A stretch of 60,520 nucleotides of DNA, from positions 1 through 60,520 of the IMG/VR virus record IMGVR_UViG_3300044621_001247. One strand, written 5' to 3'. Below are positions 29,759-39,264 of the stretch, piece by piece. The notes under the pieces are model-generated. The model was given only the letters and a program-made list of their open reading frames with translations, did no database searches and had not been told where the DNA came from. A program made the translations under genes and the position numbers. The DNA comes from a virus (lineage: Duplodnaviria > Caudoviricetes). Position 1 is the first letter of the stretch. Each line of letters begins with the position of its first letter.

Positions 29759-30156
29759 CAGATGTTCCTCTCTATGGCGATGGTGAGGGTGGATACCTCG
29801 CGGCTGTTCATGAGCATGAACGAGATGGTCACATCAAACAGGTTGTATTCCTCGTTGAAGATGACCCGCACATCGTTTACCTTTGCCCTTGGCTCGTACC
29901 TGTTCAGTATGTCCATGATGTTGGATCGGATAGCCATGGCAGTCAGCGGTGTCGCTGGCTCGAAAAGCATTCGACTAACCCTGGAGTCGATCTGCGGGTT
30001 GAACGGCTTGTCGTATCTGTTCATCAGTACAAGGTTCCTGACGGATCGCTTGACTGCCTCCGCATCCTTCTTCAACGAGACATCCTTCGTCACGGGATTA
30101 GCCGCGAAGTCCAGATCCAGGTCAACGAAGAGGTTCTTCCTAACAATGCTTTTCAT
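29758..30156 (-). CDS. gp25: Baseplate wedge subunit
   Basis: DLDLDF...AVKRSVRNLV...YEPRA motifs. Confidence 0.93.
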   Translation of the reverse strand: MKSIVRKNLFVDLDLDFAANPVTKDVSLKKDAEAVKRSVRNLVLMNRYDKPFNPQIDSRVSRMLFEPATPLTAMAIRSNIMDILNRYEPRAKVNDVRVIFNEEYNLFDVTISFMLMNSREVSTLTIAIERNI

Positions 30157-30776
30157 CTGTAGTCTTCTGCCGTGCTCAACAAGAACGCTATCTGATCCCG
30201 CGCATCGTCGATTTCATCCTGAAACTTGGACTCGTCCAGATTGTCCAATCTACCCAAATCGCACCATTCGATCATTATGTATCCGTGAATCGCGAGGCTG
30301 TGCTTGCATTGCACGGGCAGGATAGAATACGCCAGCGTGTCGTGAACCTCGAGGAACCGCTTGCTGTTCGACTCATCGTCCTCAGACACCATCCTGATGT
30401 CAGAATCGTTCTCCTGTAGCAATTCTATGAGTTCCACGAACCTGCTTACAAGAGAGTCCTGCCTGAACTGCATGGTGGACGATGCCTTCTGGTCGCAGGA
30501 CTGATGTGTGATGGACATCCTGCGCATGGAGGATCCATCGACATACTTTCCTCCGTTGTGGAACTGAGCAAGGGTTGCCCTGCAAGCGTTGGAGCGGATG
30601 CGCAACTCGGTGAGGACTTCCCAGATCCGCATGTTCACTTGGGTGAAAGCCTTCTCCGATTTCTTGGCTTTCTTACCTTTGATGAATCTAAGAACTTCCT
30701 TGAGACCGAAGTAGCCGCCAGCGATCATCGCGGCGACTCCTGCTCCTATCTTGAACCATAGATCGATGTCTTCCAT
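30153..30776 (-). CDS. Membrane-anchored protein with probable GAF-like domain (holin T-like architecture)
   Basis: One N-terminal hydrophobic helix followed by a basic patch, then a soluble domain containing FHNGG. Confidence 0.5.
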   Translation of the reverse strand: MEDIDLWFKIGAGVAAMIAGGYFGLKEVLRFIKGKKAKKSEKAFTQVNMRIWEVLTELRIRSNACRATLAQFHNGGKYVDGSSMRRMSITHQSCDQKASSTMQFRQDSLVSRFVELIELLQENDSDIRMVSEDDESNSKRFLEVHDTLAYSILPVQCKHSLAIHGYIMIEWCDLGRLDNLDESKFQDEIDDARDQIAFLLSTAEDYR

Positions 30777-30810
30777 GTCTTTGCCTTTCCTTTCTCGTCT
30801 GAAAGCATAA

Positions 30811-30817
30811 TACTTAG
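30811..30817 (-). promoter_or_regulatory. Candidate late promoter (CTAAGTA)
   Basis: AT-rich intergenic gap upstream of the 30776 gene. Confidence 0.4.
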
Positions 30818-30848
30818 GTTTTCAGCAAGATCTTGATAATGACAAAGG

Positions 30849-31742
30849 TCAGTCGTTCAGACTGGGAATGTAGTCCAAGAGGTTCACGGGAGCATTTTCC
30901 ACCTTCACGCCGCTTTCGTTTGCTATGTCCTTGAGTGCCTTGCTGGCATCCTCGGTGGTTATGAGGTTCGTGACCAACTGCGCACCGAAGCACGGGTCGG
31001 AAAGAACGGAGGAGATGATGGTGTTGCCAAGGGCATACCTCTCCACGAATGCGAGAGCGGCATTGTAGGCATTGATGTCGCCGTTTATGAGGCTCTGCAT
31101 GGTGCTTTCCAACTGAACTAGGTTGTCCGTAAGTTGGCGGATCTTGCCGACATCCTCAGCGAGGTCAGTGAGACCGCCAGCCGCAAGTTGAGCCTCGATG
31201 TTGGAGAGAACGCTGGAGATCTGGCTCATGTTCTGCCCGAAGTTCTCGAAGAATGGTCCCGTGATCTGCGGGTTTAGCGAGGAGAAGGCATTGGAGAAGT
31301 TGTCCTCGAGTTTCTGTCCAGGATCCTTCAGCAAGTCCTTGATGGAGTTGTAGGTGGACATGACACCTATGATTTGATCCAGCCTCGGGAGGACGCTGTT
31401 GGGGTCGCCAAGATCGACTCCGCTGAGTCTGTTGGTGTGCGCGATGAATGCCTGTAGTTCGGTGTTCGTTCGTCCCAGCACATCGGACAGGTCTCCCGCA
31501 GCGTCGGCAAGACCGCCGAAACCGCTGGACAGAGCCTGTATGCTTTCAAGTTGACCCAAGGACTTCCCGATGTCCCCCTGAAGGAGTTCCGCCACCTGCT
31601 GCACGGGATTGCGGAGAAGGTTCCCGTCCATGAACTCCTGTAGGAACTTCTTCGGTCCTGGCGGGATGAGTTGGGATATCAGGCTGCAATTCGATGCGTC
31701 GAAGATGCTGGGATATCCTGGCTGGTTCTGCGCCCATGTCAT
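30849..31742 (-). CDS. Hypothetical helical protein (start re-called at MTWAQNQ)
   Basis: ATGA overlap with the PAAR stop; long ORF in the structural operon. Confidence 0.7.
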   Translation of the reverse strand: MTWAQNQPGYPSIFDASNCSLISQLIPPGPKKFLQEFMDGNLLRNPVQQVAELLQGDIGKSLGQLESIQALSSGFGGLADAAGDLSDVLGRTNTELQAFIAHTNRLSGVDLGDPNSVLPRLDQIIGVMSTYNSIKDLLKDPGQKLEDNFSNAFSSLNPQITGPFFENFGQNMSQISSVLSNIEAQLAAGGLTDLAEDVGKIRQLTDNLVQLESTMQSLINGDINAYNAALAFVERYALGNTIISSVLSDPCFGAQLVTNLITTEDASKALKDIANESGVKVENAPVNLLDYIPSLND

Positions 31743-32002
31743 AGTCCTACCTCCACATTGCTGTTGCATGTCATCGCGTGTCCGCAAGAAGCGTGGTTCC
31801 CGTAGACGCACACCCCTATGTCGCCAGCCGTAACCGACTGCGATCCCGTGACCATTACGGGACCAGAATGCTCGTCCCTGCCGTGTCCTGCCACATTGCT
31901 TCCGATTATCACCACGGGAAGGTCGTTGACGGTCACAGACTGCGATCCAGTCACAACCCTTCCTCCCGCGATTGCGTTTCCCACTCCTCCTAGGGACGGC
32001 AT
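31739..32002 (-). CDS. PAAR-like spike tip protein (gp5.4-like)
   Basis: Repeated TGSQSVT, H..xH and CGH metal ligands, 87 aa, downstream of gp5. Confidence 0.85.
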   Translation of the reverse strand: MPSLGGVGNAIAGGRVVTGSQSVTVNDLPVVIIGSNVAGHGRDEHSGPVMVTGSQSVTAGDIGVCVYGNHASCGHAMTCNSNVEVGL

Positions 32003-32199
32003 CAGAATCTTCCTCCGTCCACTATGTCTATGTCGAATCCTGCCATCAGTTCAAACCCCGATCCTTCCACGAAAGGCGGAATGCCCTTCGTCTCGTCCAC
32101 GCAGAGGTATGTGAACCCGTTGTCGGGGAAGTAGACCGCATCTCCAGGCTGATATGCCGTGTTCAGGTCGAAGGTTCCTTTCCAGTGTATTGAAGCCAT
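32002..32199 (-). CDS. Small carbohydrate-binding-module-like protein
   Basis: WKGTF...AYQPGDAVY...YLC...PP pattern (ChtBD/CBM5-12-like). Confidence 0.55.
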   Translation of the reverse strand: MASIHWKGTFDLNTAYQPGDAVYFPDNGFTYLCVDETKGIPPFVEGSGFELMAGFDIDIVDGGRF

Positions 32200-32208
32200 G
32201 GGTGATTC

Positions 32209-33351
32209 TCAGAACGGGGATGGGTATTTGCCTGGAACGAACTTGGGGTCGCTCTGAGACGATCCTTGGCGGGAAAGGGAGTTTAGTTTGACCATCCTGC
32301 CCTCTCCCTCCAGGAACACATCGCTTCCGCCATGCGTCTTGATAGCCGTGCTGTCAGCCGAGTTGGTCACTATCTTTCCCTCTTCCGTTTCGATGACGCA
32401 GTTCCCCACGACCTTCGTGTACTTGTTTCCGCGTATCGTCTCCCTGTAGTCTCCCTGAACATCCATCTCGACATTCCCACACACGACTCCCCGTAGATCC
32501 TTCCTGGCAAGGAGGTTGACATTGCCCTCAACCTGTAGGTTCAGGTCGCCGCCGTCCTTTCCGTTCCCCACCAGAAGCCTTCCGTCCCCGTCTATGGTGA
32601 TGGTTGCCGATCCCTTGATGTGGATGAAGTCGCTTCCCGCTATGAGTTCATAGTTGTTCCCCACGACCTTGTGGACGCGGGTTCCGTTGGGGTCGTTCTT
32701 CCACCCGTTGGCAACCTCCTCGAAACTTCCCGATGGGTGGTATGTGTGATGGCGTTCCTTCTCTTGGGTGTCGTCCCATTCCTCGACCATTCCCGACTTG
32801 GTCGCAAAGACCTTGTTGTTGGGATACTTGGCTGCATATGGCGAAGTCGGTTCCGACCACTTAGCCTTCTCCTCGACATCCCATGCCACCATGACATCCT
32901 CGACAAGGCTATCCTCCTTGTCCTTCAGGATGGTCTTGTCCTTCTCGTCTCCCGTGGCAAGTCGGTTCGTGTCGGGAACATCCTTCTCGGTGGGATAGGT
33001 TCCAGTGGGATCGTTGAACCCGCTCCTGGGATCAGGCAGTTCCGATGGAATGCCTCCGACCGTGAACATGACCACAGGATGCTGCGCGTTCAGCCCGTCC
33101 CTGAAGAATCCGAAGACATGGGATCCTGGCAGCATGCCTGTCGGAGATCTTCCGATTCCGCTGATCGACGCGCTTCCGCATTCCTGTAGGACATGCGCCC
33201 ACGGAAGGCTCTTGGTGGGTATCTTCGACTTGTCGTCCGTGTGATAGCCGAAGGCGCGGACTCTGACCCGTCCTATCTTGAGTGGATCGTCTATGTCTTC
33301 CACGACACCGAACCACCAGACGAATCTGTCCCTACCCATGAAGTCAGGCAT
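32209..33351 (-). CDS. gp5: Baseplate central spike (OB fold plus beta-helix, no lysozyme domain)
   Basis: WWFGVVEDIDDPLKIGRVRVR, LPWA, YPNNKV..TKSG...HPSGSF and V.G(N/D) repeats. Confidence 0.93.
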   Translation of the reverse strand: MPDFMGRDRFVWWFGVVEDIDDPLKIGRVRVRAFGYHTDDKSKIPTKSLPWAHVLQECGSASISGIGRSPTGMLPGSHVFGFFRDGLNAQHPVVMFTVGGIPSELPDPRSGFNDPTGTYPTEKDVPDTNRLATGDEKDKTILKDKEDSLVEDVMVAWDVEEKAKWSEPTSPYAAKYPNNKVFATKSGMVEEWDDTQEKERHHTYHPSGSFEEVANGWKNDPNGTRVHKVVGNNYELIAGSDFIHIKGSATITIDGDGRLLVGNGKDGGDLNLQVEGNVNLLARKDLRGVVCGNVEMDVQGDYRETIRGNKYTKVVGNCVIETEEGKIVTNSADSTAIKTHGGSDVFLEGEGRMVKLNSLSRQGSSQSDPKFVPGKYPSPF

Positions 33352-33356
33352 TCATC

Positions 33357-33533
33357 TCATCGCTTTCTGTCTCGGACTCGGTAGTTCTGGTCGGGGAAGT
33401 TCTCTCTTGCCCAAGACTCCCATTCCCGCAACTCCTCGTTGCTCATGGAGAGTTTGCGGACCTTGCTTTCGGTCTCGTCGGGCGTGATCACATGGACATC
33501 GGTTCGTTCATTCTGCATGGGTTCTCCGTTCAC
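33357..33533 (-). CDS. 58-aa hypothetical protein
   Basis: GTG start overlapping the upstream TGA; reads ...SNEELREWESWARENFP...; fills the gap before gp5. Confidence 0.55.
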   Translation of the reverse strand: MNGEPMQNERTDVHVITPDETESKVRKLSMSNEELREWESWARENFPDQNYRVRDRKR

Positions 33534-34843
33534 CTTATCTGTGTCTTCTCTATCCTGTCGGGCATACGCTTGATCAAGGACTCCTTGGACATCTCCACGG
33601 TGGTCTTGTACCCGCTCTTCCTATTTAGGACATGCTTCAGGGTCACGACGATGTACTTGCCCGTGATGAAATGATCCAGATAGTCCGTCTCCATGTCCCC
33701 CATGTATCCGATCTTGGGAACCTGTAGACCGACCGTGTCCAGCAACCTCAGCGATGAGTTTCCAGGAACAAGCATAGTCACGCGCATCGTGGTGAACTGC
33801 TTCTGTAGGCTTCTGTTGGTCAGCGCGTATTCGCCATAGTTGTCGTTGTCCTGTATCCCGTCCATCTTCTTAGTCTGCGATGGGAGGTATATCCTGTTGG
33901 CAGACTTTCCCTTCTCAAGGTAGAGATCGAAGAACTTGTTGGTTGGTATCATTGGATATCTGTTCAGCGACTTCCATCCGGGATTGTTGGTGTAGTCAAT
34001 GTAGTCGAAGTCCTGCTGCGTGTACTGCTTGGTCGTTATGTCGTGGGTGTTCAGCACTCCCGAGTACATTCCCCCCTGAAACTCGTCCAGTTTGTCGAAG
34101 TACGAGGTTATGGAGTAGTCTAGAACCCTGGTGAGGTATAGTTCGACATCGGCAAGGTTTCCTGGATTTCTAGGCTCCACGCGAAAGACATACTTCTCCT
34201 TCTTCTGAGTCTCATGCAGGATGTCCTTGAAGTGGAATCCGTCCACATCCTCGTAGAACCTGTAGAAGGATGTGTGCTCGTCGTTGAAGGCTCTCTCCGC
34301 AAGCCATGATATGGTGAACAGGGGTGTCCATCGGGGTATCACGAAACTGCGCTTCTTGCTTGTCCGAACATTGACATCTAGGGTCTTGTCGAATGTATCC
34401 CGCAGTATAGCGGTAGCCATGTCCGTAATGCTTCCGGAGATGGATGACTCCGTGACAAGGAACCTGTTGAGGAAGTTAGTCTCGGTCACGAACTGAACGA
34501 CATAGACTTCGGTCTTCTCTCCATCGGCTCTTGCCTTTCCCATGGGAGCGGTGATGAATCCCTTTATGGTCACAGGCTCGAACTGAGTGCCCGGAGTCCT
34601 GTATGTTACCTCCACCCTCTCGTTTCCGACTATCGGAAGCGTCTCGGACAGGTTCAAGGTGTCGCGGAGAAGTATCTCCCCGTAGAGTTTGTCGTCAAAG
34701 ATGGATTCGGATATGACCAGTTCGATGAACACATCCATCGATGCTATCTCTATTCCGTCGCCTCCTGAGTTGCTGAATATCAGCAGACGGTCGATCTGAA
34801 ACCCGCTCTCGCTGTATGTCGAGGGAGACGATGCCTCAGCCAT
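33530..34843 (-). CDS. Baseplate hub protein (gp27-like)
   Basis: ISESIF..LYGEI...LPIVGNE...FYEDVDGFHF...GKYIVVTLKH; position between gp53 and gp5. Confidence 0.65.
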   Translation of the reverse strand: MAEASSPSTYSESGFQIDRLLIFSNSGGDGIEIASMDVFIELVISESIFDDKLYGEILLRDTLNLSETLPIVGNERVEVTYRTPGTQFEPVTIKGFITAPMGKARADGEKTEVYVVQFVTETNFLNRFLVTESSISGSITDMATAILRDTFDKTLDVNVRTSKKRSFVIPRWTPLFTISWLAERAFNDEHTSFYRFYEDVDGFHFKDILHETQKKEKYVFRVEPRNPGNLADVELYLTRVLDYSITSYFDKLDEFQGGMYSGVLNTHDITTKQYTQQDFDYIDYTNNPGWKSLNRYPMIPTNKFFDLYLEKGKSANRIYLPSQTKKMDGIQDNDNYGEYALTNRSLQKQFTTMRVTMLVPGNSSLRLLDTVGLQVPKIGYMGDMETDYLDHFITGKYIVVTLKHVLNRKSGYKTTVEMSKESLIKRMPDRIEKTQIR

Positions 34844-35705
34844 TGCTCAACGACTCCTCGACCTGCTTGGCGACCTTCTCGACATACTGGCGGGGAAGAG
34901 CCACCACGCCCCGCCTGTCGTCGTTCTCGGCTACCTCGTTCTCTAGGTTCGTCACCACGAAGTCTGTGAAGTCCTCGTTGATGTATCTTCCAAGCAGGGT
35001 CTGTCCGAATGTGAATCCCGATAGGTCGGTCGGTTCCACGAAAGACTCCTGCAACGACAAGGGGAGAAGGGGATTTAGCATCGACCCATCCCGCTCGAAG
35101 TGGTGCATCGCGAAAGGACTCTGAATGGACTTTCCGACCCTCGCGACATAGTAGGTCTCGTTGCCTAGCACATCGGTGTTCTTTCCAGCGATGTACGAGT
35201 TCTCTGCTGGTATCCACAGGGTCTTCTCCGCGAACTCAAGCACCAGCCTCCCCGTGACGGGATCGAAGGAATGCACCCTGGCTCCGAAGTTGGCATTCTG
35301 ATAGGATGGCTGCAAGCCTGGATTCGTCTGCGTGGTCGCATAGACGATGTCGTTCTTCCTGAAGGAACCCTCGAAAGGCTTGTCGCCCGCCACATTGGTC
35401 AGGAACAGAGTGTAGCCAGGATGCTTCTCATCGACATAGTTGTCGAACGAGGACGGAGCCAGAACCCAATCGTAGTAGGGATTGACCGCCTCGTTCATCT
35501 GTAGGAGCAGCCAGTGGTATCTGGAGTCCCCGTACAACTTGTCCGAGAAGATGTCGGGTCTGTCCTTGTCTCCCGCTAGGATGTCCACAGGAAACTGACC
35601 TTCCTTCATGAGGGCATCAGCCACCCTGAGATTGACGGTGATGTCCGTCATGTAGCCAAAGCCAAGCGGAGAGATGTATCTGGTGATCGGTATTCTGTCG
35701 TACAT
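34836..35705 (-). CDS. gp53: Baseplate wedge subunit
   Basis: DRPD...KLYGDSRYHWLLL..N...NPYYDW LysM-like motif; C-terminal E..END..R. Confidence 0.88.
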   Translation of the reverse strand: MYDRIPITRYISPLGFGYMTDITVNLRVADALMKEGQFPVDILAGDKDRPDIFSDKLYGDSRYHWLLLQMNEAVNPYYDWVLAPSSFDNYVDEKHPGYTLFLTNVAGDKPFEGSFRKNDIVYATTQTNPGLQPSYQNANFGARVHSFDPVTGRLVLEFAEKTLWIPAENSYIAGKNTDVLGNETYYVARVGKSIQSPFAMHHFERDGSMLNPLLPLSLQESFVEPTDLSGFTFGQTLLGRYINEDFTDFVVTNLENEVAENDDRRGVVALPRQYVEKVAKQVEESLSNG

Positions 35706-35708
35706 GTG

Positions 35709-37187
35709 TCAGTATCCGTGGACTATATGCTCGTTGTTCAACTGCTCCATCTCCTGGAACTCAAGGGTCATGGTGATGAACGCTGGCTTGGAGTCGTGGA
35801 ATGTCTTGAAGTCTCCCGCAGCGGAGTAGTCAACATTGACACCAGCCAGCGCAAGCCGTGGAAGTTTCGGAAGATGGTCGTTCACCACAGCCGCTCCTGC
35901 ATCGGTTATGGTGAAGAAGGTAGCCTCGAACTCTGCGGGGAACTTGAAGAAGTGACCGCCGCCGCCACGGAGGGCAGGGTATGCATGGTATCGGAACATC
36001 CGTATGATGTCGAGAACGGTCTGCGCCTCGCGTGGGTTCTTCGGGGCAAACTCGAATGTGAAGGAGTGGTTTCTGATGCCGACATCCTTGAACATCATTT
36101 CCCTTCTTGGATTGGTGACGCTTCTCGTCGAGGCATTCCTAGCAGCCTGAATGTTGGCAGCCTCTATTCCAAGCATTCCCGTTGCCTGATTTATGAGATT
36201 GGCGATTGCCTGTGTTCCTGCCTTCTCGACCACCGACGAGACACCTCCTCGCTGTAGCGTCACCGCGCTGATGAGGCTCCTCATCATCCCCATGTCCTCA
36301 TCGGAGTATATCAACTGGTCGTTGGCTGTGATCTTGAGCGGCATATAGAGGCATATCGTGTCCTTGGACTTGACATTGGCATAGCCGAACCTCCGGTTGG
36401 CAAGAAGGATGTTCTGCTCCCACTTCGGGCGGTTCACCTTCCGACCGCTGATTCCCCTGCGCTCGTAGTCTATCTTGTTGAGTTCTCCGCTTTTGTCCAC
36501 AAGCACATCCCCACCAATAGACTTGGCATAGTTGATGAGGTCCGTCACGGGAAGGAATGTCTCTCCGACCTCCAATCCTAACTCACCGGCTATGGACGCT
36601 ATTCCTCCAGTCCCGCTCAAGATGTTCCCAAGACCACCGAGAGCAGACTTCTCCAACTGAAGTATCTGCTCGTTGGCTGTAACGCCGCTTCGACTCTCCG
36701 AACCGTACTCGCTCTGCTCCCTGACAAAGTCTATCTGTTCCTGAGAGAAACCCGCCTGAGTCAAGTATCCTGGGTAGTCTCCTTCCCACGAAGACCTGGA
36801 ACCATTTCCACCCGCTATCTCTCCCTTAGCCGCCAATGCGCTTGTTGACTGATTGACTATCCTGTTCTGCACCCTTGTCGAGTCCGACTCTCCCTGATAG
36901 ATATTGAAGCACATGAAGTGATGGTATCTTCGGTTCTTGCCCAGATCCTGCGGATACTGAAGGAAACTGGGAATGCCCAGTATCTGATTTCGGTTGGCAT
37001 CGGGTATGTTGAACTGGGAAAGGATCTGCCCGATGTTGTCGTCAGCCCCGCCCAGTTGGCTTCCAAGGTTGACATTCTGCACGTCAGCACCCCTGTTGCG
37101 GCTTCCGCCGAACGACGCTGCATAAGGGAACTCGTCCATGGACAAGTCCGTCTCCCTCTCGTAGTACTTTCCGTTCTCAGAGTTCAT
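35709..37187 (-). CDS. gp48: Baseplate tail tube cap
   Basis: ICLYMP, NPRREMMFK, R.HSFTFEFAPKNPREA, VNVDYS and TLEFQE motifs. Confidence 0.88.
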   Translation of the reverse strand: MNSENGKYYERETDLSMDEFPYAASFGGSRNRGADVQNVNLGSQLGGADDNIGQILSQFNIPDANRNQILGIPSFLQYPQDLGKNRRYHHFMCFNIYQGESDSTRVQNRIVNQSTSALAAKGEIAGGNGSRSSWEGDYPGYLTQAGFSQEQIDFVREQSEYGSESRSGVTANEQILQLEKSALGGLGNILSGTGGIASIAGELGLEVGETFLPVTDLINYAKSIGGDVLVDKSGELNKIDYERRGISGRKVNRPKWEQNILLANRRFGYANVKSKDTICLYMPLKITANDQLIYSDEDMGMMRSLISAVTLQRGGVSSVVEKAGTQAIANLINQATGMLGIEAANIQAARNASTRSVTNPRREMMFKDVGIRNHSFTFEFAPKNPREAQTVLDIIRMFRYHAYPALRGGGGHFFKFPAEFEATFFTITDAGAAVVNDHLPKLPRLALAGVNVDYSAAGDFKTFHDSKPAFITMTLEFQEMEQLNNEHIVHGY

Positions 37188-37189
37188 CT

Positions 37190-37645
37190 ATGTCCACCCA
37201 AAAGAAGTTTCTGCAAGGATCTTTCATCCCGAAGAACCCCAAGAAGTACAAGGGGGATCCCACGGAGATTATCTATCGCAGTTCTTGGGAAAGAAGATTC
37301 ATGAACTACTGCGACAACAAGACATCCATCGTGGAGTGGTCGAGCGAACGCACGATAGTCCCGTATCTCTACGAGGCTGACGGCAGGACTCACCGATACT
37401 TCGTTGACTTCCGCATAGTCGTGGAGGACAAGGAAGGCAAGAGGCAGACCTACCTAGTCGAGATAAAGCCCCACAAGAAGACGATGCCCCCGAAGAAGCC
37501 CAAGCGGCAGACCAAGAGTTACATATACGAGACGCTGGAGTTCGTCAAGAACCAGAACAAGTGGGATGCTGCCAGAAAGTACGCGGAGCAGAGGGGATGG
37601 AAGTTCCTCATACTCACAGAGAACGAACTCAAGATAGGAAAGTGA
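37190..37645 (+). CDS. gp4: Head completion nuclease (TnsA-like)
   Basis: PKNPKKYKGDP..IIYRSSWE, HRYFVDF, LVEIKP and NQNKWDAA motifs. Confidence 0.95.
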   Translation: MSTQKKFLQGSFIPKNPKKYKGDPTEIIYRSSWERRFMNYCDNKTSIVEWSSERTIVPYLYEADGRTHRYFVDFRIVVEDKEGKRQTYLVEIKPHKKTMPPKKPKRQTKSYIYETLEFVKNQNKWDAARKYAEQRGWKFLILTENELKIGK

Positions 37646-37648
37646 CCC

Positions 37649-38329
37649 ATGGACCTGAAATCGCTGCGCAAGGTGTTCGAGGAAATGGAAGCCCTCAAGG
37701 ACGAAGACCTGAAGACTCCCACGGACGACCTGGTGCAGGAGGCGGTGGATTGGTATCAGGACAATGCGACCGCTGTCTACAAGGACACCTACGGGGTCAG
37801 TCCAAAAAACGCTGGCTTCAAGCAAAGCACACTGCTGCCCCACTCGTCCATCGACTACGGAGCGATCCCCCGTGGCGGCGGAAGGCTCTATACCTTCGCC
37901 TACGAACCAGAGAAGTCCCACAAGAAGAAGACCTACTGGGACATGTTCCCTCTCGTCCTGACGATGATAGAGGACAAGCCCGCCCCAGGCACATTCATGG
38001 GCATCAACCTGCACTACCTGGATCCCGAGCGGAGGAAACTCGCCTTCCTCACTCTCGTCGAGGAGTATGCATCGGGAGACCTATCTCAGAGAAGCACCAG
38101 GATTTCCTTTCTTGAGAACGCAAAACTCCGCGCTCCACCCGCTAGATACCTGAGACCCTGCATACGGAGATACAAGTTCGAGAACATCCGTGGACGGGCT
38201 TTGCTCATACCACCCGAGCACTGGATGAAGATGATATTCCTGCCCACCCACCAGTTCACCGGTCGGTTCCTGGGGGCAGGAGAGGGAAGAGTGTGGAGAG
38301 ACACCTGGAAGCGATACAGAAAGACCTGA
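37649..38329 (+). CDS. gp2: DNA end protector protein
   Basis: LYTFAY..YWDMFPLV...GINLHYL...CIRRY...LPT.QF motifs. Confidence 0.9.
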   Translation: MDLKSLRKVFEEMEALKDEDLKTPTDDLVQEAVDWYQDNATAVYKDTYGVSPKNAGFKQSTLLPHSSIDYGAIPRGGGRLYTFAYEPEKSHKKKTYWDMFPLVLTMIEDKPAPGTFMGINLHYLDPERRKLAFLTLVEEYASGDLSQRSTRISFLENAKLRAPPARYLRPCIRRYKFENIRGRALLIPPEHWMKMIFLPTHQFTGRFLGAGEGRVWRDTWKRYRKT

Positions 38330-38332
38330 CGA

Positions 38333-39241
38333 ATGGCATTCAACCCCCTCTTCTCATCATCAGCCCTGAATGCGCTGAACTCTCCCGATGCGCTGAACCG
38401 CGTCAACGGTAGCCGAAACAACACGGAGCAACAGTCGTTCGACGATGCCGTGAGGCAGTTTGAGAGCAGACTCTCGGGAATCCATGCCTCCAACCTAGCC
38501 ATGAACCTGGCGATAGACGGGTTGCTTGAGTCCAAGTCGGCGGCACACGACCCATCGACCAGCAGCGTCAAGCGGCAACTTGAGCACATCGTGGAGATGG
38601 GCTTCTATGCCAGACCCACCAGGTTCTCCTTCTTCATAGACGGGTTTCCCTCCAATGTGAACGAGCGTCTTGTGAGGAACTGCATGGCGACATCCATGCC
38701 TGGGCGGTCTCTCATGTCGCAGGGGTTCAAGATATATGGTCCACCCGTGGAGCAGGTATACGAGGCAATGTACGGCAACGAGATCGGGATGACCTTCCGC
38801 GTCGGTCAGGACATGATGGAGAGAGACCTGTTCGAGAGATGGATGAACATGTCCATATCCTACAGGACATCGGATGTCTCCTATCCGGACGACTACATGA
38901 CCACCATGAGGATATACCAGTTGAACCGCATGGACGGATATGTGTATGCGGTTCGCCTCAGGAATGTGTTCTGCAAGTCGATGTCCGACATGGAGTTCTC
39001 ATCGGATGCATCCGATCAGTTGCACACGGTGAATGTCTCCTTGGGATACACCGACTATGCGGTGATTGGTCGAGTGAATCCACGGGAGCAGAGGCAGACT
39101 GCCGCAGCGGATGGTCCTGTGAGCGGAAGGCGGGCGATCTATTCAGACAGCGCAAGCAGGATAGTGTCCGACCTGACCAGCGAGGAGCAGCAAGCGATGA
39201 ACAACTTGAACAACATAGTGTTTGGACGAACCAGCGGGTGA
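38333..39241 (+). CDS. gp54: Baseplate tail tube initiator (gp54-like)
   Basis: ARPTRF, PGRSL, FERWM and IYQL tail-tube fold motifs; gene order. Confidence 0.72.
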   Translation: MAFNPLFSSSALNALNSPDALNRVNGSRNNTEQQSFDDAVRQFESRLSGIHASNLAMNLAIDGLLESKSAAHDPSTSSVKRQLEHIVEMGFYARPTRFSFFIDGFPSNVNERLVRNCMATSMPGRSLMSQGFKIYGPPVEQVYEAMYGNEIGMTFRVGQDMMERDLFERWMNMSISYRTSDVSYPDDYMTTMRIYQLNRMDGYVYAVRLRNVFCKSMSDMEFSSDASDQLHTVNVSLGYTDYAVIGRVNPREQRQTAAADGPVSGRRAIYSDSASRIVSDLTSEEQQAMNNLNNIVFGRTSG

Positions 39242-39264
39242 TACCCAGAACAGGATGAATCGAC

